Below are positions 50,113-59,097 of a stretch of DNA of 64,000 bases, in pieces. The notes below the pieces were generated by a model. It was not told where the DNA came from. It did not search any database and saw only the letters and a list, made by a program, of their open reading frames with translations. The stretch lies in the NCBI GenBank assembly GCA_039589315.1, contig JBDHHQ010000008.1, forward strand, positions 15,109 through 79,108, read 5' to 3'. The position numbers and the translations under genes were made by a program. Source of the stretch: Gemmatimonadota bacterium (GTDB taxonomy: Bacteria > Gemmatimonadota > Gemmatimonadetes > Longimicrobiales > Gaopeijiaceae). Positions within the stretch are counted from its first letter, which is position 1, and each line of letters begins with the position of its first letter.

Positions 50113-51174
50113 ATGGCACGAACGAACTCCCCGATCGACTCCCGGCGGCCCGTCGTCGTTCCGGATCCCCTCAGCGACGCCGATCTCCTGGCGGCGATCC
50201 GGCAGCATCTTCCTGGGCAGGGCCCGCATGCGATACGGGGGCGGCGTACCTTCAAGCGCCGGCAGGATTGGCGGGGCTACCGCTTGTTCGAGCGCGTGAA
50301 GGTCGACCGCCCGGGCGCGATCCCGCTGGAGCTCTGCCTCAAGTACCTCACGGCGGCCACCGGCTCGGGCCCGGCGACGGGCGCTTCGCAGGAAGCCCGC
50401 GCATACGAGTTTCTCAACGGCCTGCCGAGGGCCGGTGCGGCCCGCTACTTCGGACAGGTCCACATGCCGGAAGCCGGACATTCGATCCTGATTCTCGAGT
50501 ATGTGCACGGTAGGCGCCTCAAGAAGGTCACGAACGCCGACAGCTGGTCTGCGGTGGCCTCGTGGCTCGGCCGACTGCACGCGGAGCTTGCAGGGTCCGG
50601 CCTGAGCCACCGCGAGGATCTGGAGCTGCCCCGGCACGACGAGGGTTTCTTCCTCGGCTGGGCGGAGCGTGCCGCACGGAGCGCCGTGGAGCGCTGCCCG
50701 GAGGCCCGCACCCGGTTGGACGGCCTCCTCCAGGACTACGGCCGGGTCGCGGGGCCGCTCGCGAGCGCGAAGCCGACGCTGGTCCATGGGGAGCTCTATT
50801 GCACGAACATCATGATCCGGAACGACGCTCACCATTGCCGAGTCTGTCCCTTCGACTGGGAGACAGCCGCGATCGGGTGCGGTACGCTCGACCTCGCCTA
50901 CCTCGGGCGCCAGGAGCTGGGAATCGAGCGGGAGGACCTGCTGGCCGCGTACGCCCGCGGCTGGGCCGACGTGGCGGTCCGGCCACCCAGCATGCCGACG
51001 CTACGGATTCAGCATGCCGCCGCGCTCGTGCACGAACGCGCATACCTCCTGTGGACCGCGGTTGTGCACCGGCGGGTGCCGGGGACGAAGATCCTGAAGT
51101 ACCTCGACATCCTGGAGCGTCTCATGACCGACCTGAAGGCGGCAGGTGGCCAGCCGGGGGCGCTTTCCGGATGA
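50113..51174 (+). CDS. Kinase-fold protein K1 (APH/CotS-like, alpha subtype; catalytic loop HGELYCTN, Asp replaced by Glu)
   Basis: It has the beta3-Lys context LCLKYLT, the loop LVHGELYCTN and the metal-binding FDWET. The C-terminal YLDILERL is shared with K3. A GGAGG lies 8 nt upstream of the ATG. Confidence 0.7.
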   Translation: MARTNSPIDSRRPVVVPDPLSDADLLAAIRQHLPGQGPHAIRGRRTFKRRQDWRGYRLFERVKVDRPGAIPLELCLKYLTAATGSGPATGASQEARAYEFLNGLPRAGAARYFGQVHMPEAGHSILILEYVHGRRLKKVTNADSWSAVASWLGRLHAELAGSGLSHREDLELPRHDEGFFLGWAERAARSAVERCPEARTRLDGLLQDYGRVAGPLASAKPTLVHGELYCTNIMIRNDAHHCRVCPFDWETAAIGCGTLDLAYLGRQELGIEREDLLAAYARGWADVAVRPPSMPTLRIQHAAALVHERAYLLWTAVVHRRVPGTKILKYLDILERLMTDLKAAGGQPGALSG

Positions 51175-51199
51175 AGCCGGCCGACGCGGGGTATCGGTA

Positions 51200-52270
51200 G
51201 TGGGCGGCGACGACTGGGCCTCGGTCGAGGGAGTGGGCCGAAGATCCAAGTCCTGGCGGCCTGACGACATCGAGGTGGACGAAGCGACGCTGGGCGCCTC
51301 GGTTGCCAGGGCGCTGACCGAACGGTGCGGCCGGCCCGTACGCGTCACGTCCCTGGTTCGACGGCCCAGTCCCTACGCCACGGTGTTCCCGGCAGACGTC
51401 GTCGAGGTGCGCTTGGCCGACGGGGGTGCGAAGACGCTGTTCGTCAAATACCTGGGGACGGAGGAAGGAGACCACCCCGACAAGCTCGGGCCGGAGCGAG
51501 AGATCGGCCTGTACCGGGACATCCTCGACGGAGAAGGCCTACCGGTCGTGCGATGCTACGGTGCGCCCTGGGACACGCGCCTGGGCCGCTACCAGTTGTT
51601 GCTGGAGCACGTGAACGACTGGAACTTGAAGTACCACGACCTGTCCGCCTGGTACCGGGCCGCCCACGAGCTCGGTCGGCTCCACGCCTGGTTCGCCCAG
51701 CGCGTGCCGATGCTCGAGAAGTGCGGCGTGCTGACCCGGCTGGACGGAGCCTACGTTTGGGGGTGGGCCCGCCGTGCCGGGGAGGAAGCGGCGCGACGGG
51801 GGCCGATCCTCCGCAACCGCCTGCAGGATCTGCTACGTGGGTATCATCCGGTGCCCGCTACCCTGGAGGCGGCGCCCGCCACCCTGGTCCACAACGACTT
51901 GTCGCCGAAGAACGTGATTGCCGACCGCTCCCAGGAGCCCGCCCGCATCTGCCTCGTGGACTGGGAGAGCGCCGGGATCGGCTGCGGTCTCCTCGACCTG
52001 ACCAACCTGTCCTACGGACTGGACGAGGAGGCTCAGACTCGCATGCGGGAGTCGTACCGGACCGGGCTTACCGCCGCGGGGGCCGAGGCTCCGGAGGGCA
52101 ACGACGTGGCCCGTCAGGCCTTGGCGAGCGAGGCCCACAAGGCACTCTGGCGTTTGGCCCACTGCGGCGTGTGGGATCTTCCGGAGAAGGCCGTACACGG
52201 GTTCGCAGCCGAGGCCGAGGCGGCCCTGCGGGCTCTGCTCGCTCCGGTACCGGACCTCGGGGAGCGTTGA
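51200..52270 (+). CDS. Kinase-fold protein K2 (APH/CotS-like, beta subtype; canonical HNDLSPKN / DWE)
   Basis: It has LFVKYLG, EREIGLYRDIL, LVHNDLSPKN and VDWESAGIG. The start is ambiguous (GTG 51146 or GTG 51200). Confidence 0.7.
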   Translation: MGGDDWASVEGVGRRSKSWRPDDIEVDEATLGASVARALTERCGRPVRVTSLVRRPSPYATVFPADVVEVRLADGGAKTLFVKYLGTEEGDHPDKLGPEREIGLYRDILDGEGLPVVRCYGAPWDTRLGRYQLLLEHVNDWNLKYHDLSAWYRAAHELGRLHAWFAQRVPMLEKCGVLTRLDGAYVWGWARRAGEEAARRGPILRNRLQDLLRGYHPVPATLEAAPATLVHNDLSPKNVIADRSQEPARICLVDWESAGIGCGLLDLTNLSYGLDEEAQTRMRESYRTGLTAAGAEAPEGNDVARQALASEAHKALWRLAHCGVWDLPEKAVHGFAAEAEAALRALLAPVPDLGER

Positions 52271-52274
52271 TCCG

Positions 52275-53465
52275 GTGCGAATCCTCGTCGCGGGTGCACT
52301 CACCATCGAGCCCTTCTCCGCCGGCATCGCGTGGGACTGGATCCAGATCGCGGTGGGGTTGGAGAGACTCGGTCACGAGGTGTATTTCGTGGAGGAGCTG
52401 AAGAAGGGTTGGGCCGTCGACCGGGCCGGCCGCCGAAGCTCGTATGCGGGTAGTGTCAATCGTCCCCGCTTCACAGCTCTCGTGGAACGGTTTGGCCTGG
52501 GGGAGCGAGCCTGTCAGATCTACGACCGTGGGCGAGCCACGACGGGTCTGTCTCTGGCGGCCCTGCTGGCGGGGGCCGAGGACGCCGACCTGCTCCTGAA
52601 TGTCTCGGGACACCTCAAGGACCCTCGGATCCTGGAGCTCGTGCCCCGGCGGGCCTACCTGGACCAGGATCCCGTGTACACGCAGCTGTGGGTCGCGGAA
52701 TACGGGAAGGACCTGGGATTCGAAGATCACGACGTCTTCTTCACCGTCGGCCTCGACGTCGGTACGCCAGCGTGTCCCATCCCGGACGCCGGTGTGAGCT
52801 GGCATCCCATGCTGCCTCCCGTCGTCGTCGACTTCTGGGAGCCATCCGACTCCGGTGAGACTGGCCACTTTACCACTGTGGCCTCTCTTACCGGCTACGC
52901 GGAGCTCGGCTTCGCCGGACGGAGCTACGGCTCCAAGCACGCCGAGTTCCGCAGGTTCGCCGATCTTCCGAGACGGGCAGGCCAACCCCTGGAGGTGGCG
53001 CTCAAGGCCTTCCGCGAGGACGACCCTGTGATCCGGGAGATGCGGGCGGGCGGGTGGAAGATCAGCGACGGCAGCGAGGTGGACGGGCTGGACAAGTACC
53101 AGGCCTACATCGCGGCCTCTCGCGCCGAGATCGGCATCGCCCAGCATGCCTACGTGGCCGGCCGATCCGGATGGTTCAGCGACAGGTCCACCCACTATCT
53201 CGCTACGGGCAAGCCGGTATTGGCTCAGGCCACGGGCTTCGAGCGCCACCTCCCCGTGGGGCGGGGACTTCTGTCCTTTGCCACGGCCGACGAGGCGCGC
53301 GGGGGCATCGAAGCCATCAACGCGGACTACCGAGCCCACTGCGAGGCCGCTCGGGAGCTGGCTGAAGTGCACCTGGACTACCGGGCCATCCTCCCGTCGT
53401 TCCTGGACGCGTGCATGTCCGCCCGGCCGCACGGGACTGCAGGCACGGGGAGCCCGGCGTCATGA
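52275..53465 (+). CDS. GT-B/CgeB-like paralog G1a (uncharacterised family)
   Basis: It has N-terminal MRILVAG...LERLGHEVYFVEEL. The family motifs are RRAYLDQDPVYTQLW, FFTVGLDVGTPACPIP, WHPMLPPV and SKHAEFRRFADLP. The C-terminal block is GWFSDRSTHYLATGKPVLAQATGFERHLPVGRGLLSF. Confidence 0.65.
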   Translation: MRILVAGALTIEPFSAGIAWDWIQIAVGLERLGHEVYFVEELKKGWAVDRAGRRSSYAGSVNRPRFTALVERFGLGERACQIYDRGRATTGLSLAALLAGAEDADLLLNVSGHLKDPRILELVPRRAYLDQDPVYTQLWVAEYGKDLGFEDHDVFFTVGLDVGTPACPIPDAGVSWHPMLPPVVVDFWEPSDSGETGHFTTVASLTGYAELGFAGRSYGSKHAEFRRFADLPRRAGQPLEVALKAFREDDPVIREMRAGGWKISDGSEVDGLDKYQAYIAASRAEIGIAQHAYVAGRSGWFSDRSTHYLATGKPVLAQATGFERHLPVGRGLLSFATADEARGGIEAINADYRAHCEAARELAEVHLDYRAILPSFLDACMSARPHGTAGTGSPAS

Positions 53466-54643
53466 CGCGAGTCGTGGTGGCGACCACCAACTGGAGTCGA
53501 CGGCCGGAGTTCGGAGGGCTTTCCTGGGTGCCCCTGCAGTACGTACTGGGGCTCCGGGACCTGGGCGTCGCCGCCTTCTGGATCGATCACCTCAAGGGCG
53601 TGGATCCGTTCCGGAAGGATCACACCGTGGACTACCTGCGGGCTCGGTTCCACGACCTCACCCGGAGCTTCGGGCTGGAAGCGGTCTCGGGCATCGTCTA
53701 TGACCACGGGCGCGCTCATTTCGGCCTACCCGCCGACGCGCTGAGGCGGCTCGCCAATGAGGCCGACCTGCTCCTGACGTTGGGCAAGCCGCCCCCCACC
53801 TCGACGCCACTCCTGACGATCGCGCGGCGCGCGTACGTGGACATCGACCCCGGTTTCACTCAGGTCTGGGCCCAGCAGCGGGACATCGGCCTCGGACCAT
53901 ACGACTACTTCTTCACCGTGGGGCAAAACGTCGGCTCCCCGGAGTTCCCCATCGACACGGGTGAGGTCTCGTGGCGGCCGATCCTGCCGCCGGTCCACCT
54001 TCCCTCGTGGCCGGCCCGAATCGACGATCGCTGCCGTCGCTTCTCGACAGTCGCGGACTGGCGGGGGAGTCAGACGGCTGAGCTGGACGGCGTGTGCTAT
54101 GGTACGAAGCGCTCGGAGTTCATCCGGTTCCTGCAGGTGCCCCTCCAGACCGGATCTCGCATAGACCTGGCCCTTTGCATCGGTCAGCAGGATCACGTGG
54201 ACCTCGGCTTGCTGACCGGCCACGAGTGGCGGGTGCGAGATCCGTATCAGTACGCCGGTGACGCGTTCTCGTACCGGGAGTTCGTGCAGCGCTCACGGGG
54301 TGAGTTCGGGGTGGCTAAGCACGGCTATGTGCGGTCGGACTCCGGCTGGTTCAGTGACCGCACCGCATGCTACCTGGCCTCCGGCAAACCCGCCCTCGTG
54401 CAGTCGACCGGCTTCGAGGAGCGCGTGCCCACCGGCGAAGGACTCCTGACCTTCAGCGACCCGCCCGGGGCCGTGGCGGCCCTCCGTGAGGTCGAGGAGG
54501 ACTACCTCCGACACTGCCACGCCGGCCGAGCGTTCGCTGAACGGCACCTCGACGCCGGTCGGATACTGACGGGCCTGCTGGAGCACGTAGGTTTGGCGCC
54601 CGGCGAGGGCGGCGTGACGAGGGCGGAAGGCCAGGCCCGATGA
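53462..54643 (+). CDS. GT-B/CgeB-like paralog G2a (uncharacterised family)
   Basis: There is an ATGA overlap with G1a. The motifs are RRAYVDIDPGFTQVW, FFTVGQNVGSPEFPI, WRPILPPVHLPSWPARID, TKRSEFIRFLQVP and GWFSDRTACYLASGKPALVQSTGFE. Confidence 0.65.
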   Translation: MTRVVVATTNWSRRPEFGGLSWVPLQYVLGLRDLGVAAFWIDHLKGVDPFRKDHTVDYLRARFHDLTRSFGLEAVSGIVYDHGRAHFGLPADALRRLANEADLLLTLGKPPPTSTPLLTIARRAYVDIDPGFTQVWAQQRDIGLGPYDYFFTVGQNVGSPEFPIDTGEVSWRPILPPVHLPSWPARIDDRCRRFSTVADWRGSQTAELDGVCYGTKRSEFIRFLQVPLQTGSRIDLALCIGQQDHVDLGLLTGHEWRVRDPYQYAGDAFSYREFVQRSRGEFGVAKHGYVRSDSGWFSDRTACYLASGKPALVQSTGFEERVPTGEGLLTFSDPPGAVAALREVEEDYLRHCHAGRAFAERHLDAGRILTGLLEHVGLAPGEGGVTRAEGQAR

Positions 54644-55620
54644 GCCCGGACGCGGAGACCTTGCGCCGCCTCCTCGAGGGAGCGTTCCTTCCCACCCTGT
54701 CGGGAGGGCAGGATCTCGACGGATTCACCTATGCGCCCTTCGAGGGCGCAGGATGGTACCGCGCGTACACAGTGGACGTTCGGTTCCGGGATGGCGCCGC
54801 CCACCGGCTCTTCCTCAAGGACCTCGGGGCGCCGAGGGGCGGCAAGGGAGACATGGTTGGCCGCAGGGAGCGCGAGCGCTGCGTCTACGAACGTCTCCTA
54901 CAGCCAGAGCGTGACGGAACGGCCCGTCTCTATGGGGTCGAGTGGGATCCAGAGGGGGCACGCTATTGGCTCCTGCTCGAGTACGTCGAGGGCACCCCGG
55001 TGAGGCAGCTCGATTTCGAGACCTGGCGCGGCGCGGCCGCCTGGCTCGCCCGGTTCCAGGCGGGGTTCAGCGCCCACACGGGGAGGGCCGCCCGGTGTGA
55101 CCTGGTCCGGCACGACGAGCCCTTTTTCCTGGACGTGGCCCGTGGAGCCGTCGACGCGGTGACCCTGTGGTGCCGAGCGGCAGGAGCTCGGGTACTCGAG
55201 CTCCTGGATGGCTACGACCGCCATCTCTCCCGACTCCTCGAGCAGCCGCCCACCCTGGTTCACGGTGCCTTTCTTCCCATGCAGATCCTGGCCGTGGGTG
55301 ACGATGGTGGGCGGTTGTGCCCCGTCGACTGGGAGCTGGCTGGCTTGGGCCCACCGCTCTACGACCTCGGCTTCCTGGCGTACGGGTTCAAGGGCGCGGA
55401 GCGGCGCTCCCTCCTGGCCGCGTACCGGGAAGAAGCCACGCAGCTGGGCTCGGCGGTACCGGAAGACCTGTCCAGGCGAGTCGCCTGCGTGGAGGTGCAC
55501 CGAACGCTCGCCGCCCTCGGACAGTCAGTGGAGCGGGCCTACGACGACGAGGCGATCGGCGAGTACCTGGACATCCTGGAGGGACTGTTGGCCAGGATCG
55601 GCGCAGAGGAGGTGGTCTGA
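54640..55620 (+). CDS. Kinase-fold protein K3 (alpha subtype; degenerate catalytic loop HGAFLPMQ, predicted pseudokinase)
   Basis: There is an ATGA overlap with G2a. It retains LFLKDLG and VDWELAGLG. The catalytic Asp and Asn positions are Ala and Gln. It has the C-terminal YLDILEGL. Confidence 0.7.
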   Translation: MSPDAETLRRLLEGAFLPTLSGGQDLDGFTYAPFEGAGWYRAYTVDVRFRDGAAHRLFLKDLGAPRGGKGDMVGRRERERCVYERLLQPERDGTARLYGVEWDPEGARYWLLLEYVEGTPVRQLDFETWRGAAAWLARFQAGFSAHTGRAARCDLVRHDEPFFLDVARGAVDAVTLWCRAAGARVLELLDGYDRHLSRLLEQPPTLVHGAFLPMQILAVGDDGGRLCPVDWELAGLGPPLYDLGFLAYGFKGAERRSLLAAYREEATQLGSAVPEDLSRRVACVEVHRTLAALGQSVERAYDDEAIGEYLDILEGLLARIGAEEVV

Positions 55621-55709
55621 GTGGCCACCGGATCCTGGTGCTCCGACGGGCGCGCCCCCAGCAGGCGGCACGCTTCCACGGCTTCGACCCCGGGCACGGG
55701 TCGATCTCC

Positions 55710-56900
55710 ATGAGGATCGTGCTCGGCGCCGTCGTCTCCCGTTTCCTTCCCGGCGAAGTCCTGCACCGAGCCCAGTACGTGGAGGGGCTACGCCGCCTGG
55801 GCCATGACGTGATCTGGATCGAGGAGCTGGAGCCGAAGGGCTGTGTCGACGGCCGAGGATGGCCCACGGACTATGCGCACTGCGCCAATACCGAGGGATT
55901 CCGTCGCGCCATGGCGTACTTCGGCCTGGAGGAGCGGTCCGCCCAGATCTACGACGGAGGCCGAGCCACGGTAGGGCTCGGCCTCGCTGGGGTTCTCGAC
56001 GAGGTGGGCTCGGCGGACCTCCTCCTCAACTTCTCGGGGCACGTGCGTCACCCGGAGATCCTGGACCGGATTCCCAGGCGCGCCTACCTGGATTCCGACC
56101 CCGTATTCACCCAGCTGTGGAATGACCAATACGAGGAAGACCTGGGCTTCGACGCCCACCATGTCTTCTTCACCCGGGGCGCGAATCTCGCCGCTGGTCT
56201 CTGTCGGCTTCCCGACTGCGGTCTCGACTGGCAACCCTACATGCCGCCGCTCGTCTTGGACTTGTGGCCGGCCCTCACCGCGCCGAGCCCTGGCCCGTTC
56301 ACGACGATCGCGGCTTGGGGGCGGTACGGAGACCTGTTCCACGAAGGCGACTGGTATCGGTCGAAGACGTCCGAGTTCCGCCGGTTTGCCGATCTGCCGC
56401 GGGCCTCCCCCCACGAGTTCCGTCTGGCGCTCTCCGGCCGGGAGTACGATCCGGAGACTGCCGATCACCTGGTCACCCGGGGCTGGCGGCTCTTGGAGGG
56501 CGGAGCCCTGGGGTCCGTCGACGACTACGTGGCGTTCATTCGCCACTCCGGTGCGGAGATCGGGGTGGCCAAGCACGCGTACGTCCGGGCTCGAACCGGT
56601 TGGTTCAGCGAGCGGAGCACGCAGTACCTGGCAAGCGGCAAGCCCGTGTTGGTGCAGGACACGGGACTGGAGGGGGTGCTCCCTACGGGCCGGGGATTGG
56701 TGACCTTCGAGACCCTCGACGAGGCCGCAGCCGGCGCGGCCGAGATCATGGGCAGCTACCCGGTACACGCTCGGGCGGCCCGGGAGCTGGCCACGGCGTG
56801 CTTCGACCACGAGAAGCTGCTGGACGAGTTGCTCCAGCGATGCTTCTCTGAGGTCGAGGGCTCACCGCCGCCGAGACCGAGCGGAGGGGCCGTCCGATGA
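55710..56900 (+). CDS. GT-B/CgeB-like paralog G1b
   Basis: Its N terminus MRIVLGAVV...LRRLGHDVIWIEEL aligns with G1a. The motifs are RRAYLDSDPVFTQLW, WQPYMPPL, SKTSEFRRFADLP and GWFSERSTQYLASGKPVLVQDTG. Confidence 0.65.
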   Translation: MRIVLGAVVSRFLPGEVLHRAQYVEGLRRLGHDVIWIEELEPKGCVDGRGWPTDYAHCANTEGFRRAMAYFGLEERSAQIYDGGRATVGLGLAGVLDEVGSADLLLNFSGHVRHPEILDRIPRRAYLDSDPVFTQLWNDQYEEDLGFDAHHVFFTRGANLAAGLCRLPDCGLDWQPYMPPLVLDLWPALTAPSPGPFTTIAAWGRYGDLFHEGDWYRSKTSEFRRFADLPRASPHEFRLALSGREYDPETADHLVTRGWRLLEGGALGSVDDYVAFIRHSGAEIGVAKHAYVRARTGWFSERSTQYLASGKPVLVQDTGLEGVLPTGRGLVTFETLDEAAAGAAEIMGSYPVHARAARELATACFDHEKLLDELLQRCFSEVEGSPPPRPSGGAVR

Positions 56901-58081
56901 CCGCGAGTCGCGAGGCCCGCGAGGGGTGGGTGGAGGGGCGCAACACGCCCAGGGTCATCGTCTCTACCCGCAACACCAGCCTCGTGCCCGAGTTCGGCGG
57001 GTCGTTCTGGGTGCGGCTGCAGTACCTCTTGGGCTTCCGGGACCTGGGTGTCGATGCCTATTGGATCGACCGTTTGGACCCGCCCGATCCCGGCCGGCAG
57101 GCTCACAGCATCGAGTACATGATCCGGCGGTTCGCCTCCTCTCTCGAGGCCTTCGGCCTGGGAGATCGTTTCGCTGTCCTCTACGAGCGAGAGGGACAGT
57201 GCTTCGGCGGGGACCAGACGGACGTACGCGAGCGAGTGGACGGGGCAGACGTCCTGATCAACATCGGCGGATTCCTCCCCCAGGGGTCGCTACTCACCCG
57301 GATCCCACGGCGGGCCTACGTGGACGTCGATCCCGGCTTCACCCAGATCTGGGCTCACGACGTCGACGTCTGGCTCGAGCAGCACACGTGCTTCTTCACC
57401 GTCGGTCAGAACGTGGGAGCCCCCGAGTTCCCCATCCCCACGCGTGACATCCCCTGGCGCCCCATCCTTCCGCCGGTCCACCTGCCGTCTTGGCCGGCTC
57501 GCATCGATGAGCGCAGCCGCCGCTTCTCGACGGTGGCCGACTGGCGTGGATCTCAAGACGCGCTGTTCGAGGGCGAGTATTACGGCACGAAGCGCTCCGA
57601 GTTCGTCCACTACCTGCACGTACCGTTACGGGCGGGTCGGCGCATCGAAGTCGCGCTCTGCATCGGTCAGCAGGATCACGAGGATCTGGGTCTGTTGCTG
57701 GACCACGACTGGCGAGCACGCGAGGCATACCGGTACGCCGGCGACCCATTCGCCTATCGCGAGTTCATCCAGTACTCCCGGGCCGAGTTCGGGATCGCCA
57801 AGCACGGCTACGTCAAGTCGAACTCGGGCTGGTTCAGCGACCGCACCGCCTGCTACCTGGCCTCGGGCAAACCAGCGATCGTGCAGTCGACCGGGTTCGA
57901 GCATCGACTGCCCACGGGGCAGGGGCTGCTCACCTTCCGGAGCGTGGACGAGGCTGTCGCTGCCATCCAGGACGTCGAAGAGCACTACCTGGACCACTGT
58001 GCCGCGGCCCGCTCCTTCGCTGAAGAGCACCTCGACGCGGCGAAGACCCTCGTGTACATGCTCGAGCAGCTGGAAGGGTGA
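56897..58081 (+). CDS. GT-B/CgeB-like paralog G2b
   Basis: There is an ATGA overlap with G1b. It is near-identical to G2a over WRPILPPVHLPSWPARIDERSRRFSTVADWRGSQ. The other motifs are RRAYVDVDPGFTQIW and GWFSDRTACYLASGKPAIVQSTGFE. Confidence 0.65.
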   Translation: MTASREAREGWVEGRNTPRVIVSTRNTSLVPEFGGSFWVRLQYLLGFRDLGVDAYWIDRLDPPDPGRQAHSIEYMIRRFASSLEAFGLGDRFAVLYEREGQCFGGDQTDVRERVDGADVLINIGGFLPQGSLLTRIPRRAYVDVDPGFTQIWAHDVDVWLEQHTCFFTVGQNVGAPEFPIPTRDIPWRPILPPVHLPSWPARIDERSRRFSTVADWRGSQDALFEGEYYGTKRSEFVHYLHVPLRAGRRIEVALCIGQQDHEDLGLLLDHDWRAREAYRYAGDPFAYREFIQYSRAEFGIAKHGYVKSNSGWFSDRTACYLASGKPAIVQSTGFEHRLPTGQGLLTFRSVDEAVAAIQDVEEHYLDHCAAARSFAEEHLDAAKTLVYMLEQLEG

Positions 58082-59097
58082 CGATGGCTGAGGCCGCGGG
58101 TCCGATCCGCGTGGACGAGGATCTCCTCCGGAGGCGCGTGGAGGGCGTGCTTCGGGAGACGCTCGGTCGGCACCGGTCGGTGCGCGACCTGAGGCGCGTT
58201 CCCAGCGAGTTCGCCACCGTGTTCCCGGCCGACGTGCTCTACGTGACCTTGGACGACGGGCGGGAGCTGCGGCTGTTCCTCAAGCACCTGGGTGCCAGCG
58301 ACCATCCGGAGAAGAAGAAGCCCGAAAGGGAGGCCATCGTATACCGGGAGCTGCTGGCGGGATCAGATCTGCCGGTGCCGGCTTTCTACGGTGCCGCGTG
58401 GAACCCCGACGGCGAACGGCAGGAGCTCTACCTCGAGTTCATCGACGACTGGTCCCTGAAGTACCAACCCATCGACCAGTGGTACCTGGCCGCAAGCGTC
58501 CTCGCCGAGTTCCACGTCGCGATGGCGGCTCGGGACGAGGAGCTCACTCGGTGCGACGCCCTGCAGTCCCTGGATGCGCCCTACTTTCGGACCTACGCGA
58601 ATCGGGCCCGTAACCAGCTGATGGGGCACACGCCCGCACTGCTCAACGCGTTGGACGCGGTGCTGTCTGGGTACGACCGGGTCGTTCGAGAGCTCGTCCG
58701 CGCGACGCCGACGTTGGTGAACGCCGACCTCTCTCCCCGCAACGTCCTGGCCGACCGGTCGAGGGCGCCGGCACGGGTGTGCTTCATAGACTGGGAGAGC
58801 GCAGGTAGGGGGGCTGGCGCTCTCGACATCGCTCACCTCGCCTACGGGCTCGAAGGCGAACCCAGGAAGCTGATGCTGGACGCCTACTTCGGTGGCCTGG
58901 CAGGAACCCCCCTCGATCCCGGCTCACCCCTTCGGCGCCGCCGCCTGGTGGCGGCCGCCGAGGCTCACAAGGCGTTGTACCGCATCGCCCGCTGCAACTA
59001 CCGGGGCTATTCCGAGCGGACGGTGACCAAGTTGGTCGCCGAAGCGCGCACCAGCTCGCGAGAGCTCGAGCAGGCCTCCGGCGAGGAGTCGGACTGA
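58078..59097 (+). CDS. Kinase-fold protein K4 (beta subtype; loop NADLSPRN, His replaced by Asn)
   Basis: There is a GTGA overlap with G2b (alternative ATG at 58084). It has LFLKHLG, EREAIVYRELL, LVNADLSPRN and IDWESAGRG. The N-terminal ATVFPADV block is shared with K2. Confidence 0.7.
   Translation: MTMAEAAGPIRVDEDLLRRRVEGVLRETLGRHRSVRDLRRVPSEFATVFPADVLYVTLDDGRELRLFLKHLGASDHPEKKKPEREAIVYRELLAGSDLPVPAFYGAAWNPDGERQELYLEFIDDWSLKYQPIDQWYLAASVLAEFHVAMAARDEELTRCDALQSLDAPYFRTYANRARNQLMGHTPALLNALDAVLSGYDRVVRELVRATPTLVNADLSPRNVLADRSRAPARVCFIDWESAGRGAGALDIAHLAYGLEGEPRKLMLDAYFGGLAGTPLDPGSPLRRRRLVAAAEAHKALYRIARCNYRGYSERTVTKLVAEARTSSRELEQASGEESD

Noticed and set aside
55617-55709. In-frame upstream extension of G1b starting at a CTG overlapping the K3 stop (CTGA). 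It encodes HRILVL, which resembles the MRILV N terminus of G1a.
   Set aside because: The ATG at 55710 aligns precisely with the N termini of G1a and G3a. The 4-residue similarity is most likely coincidental.
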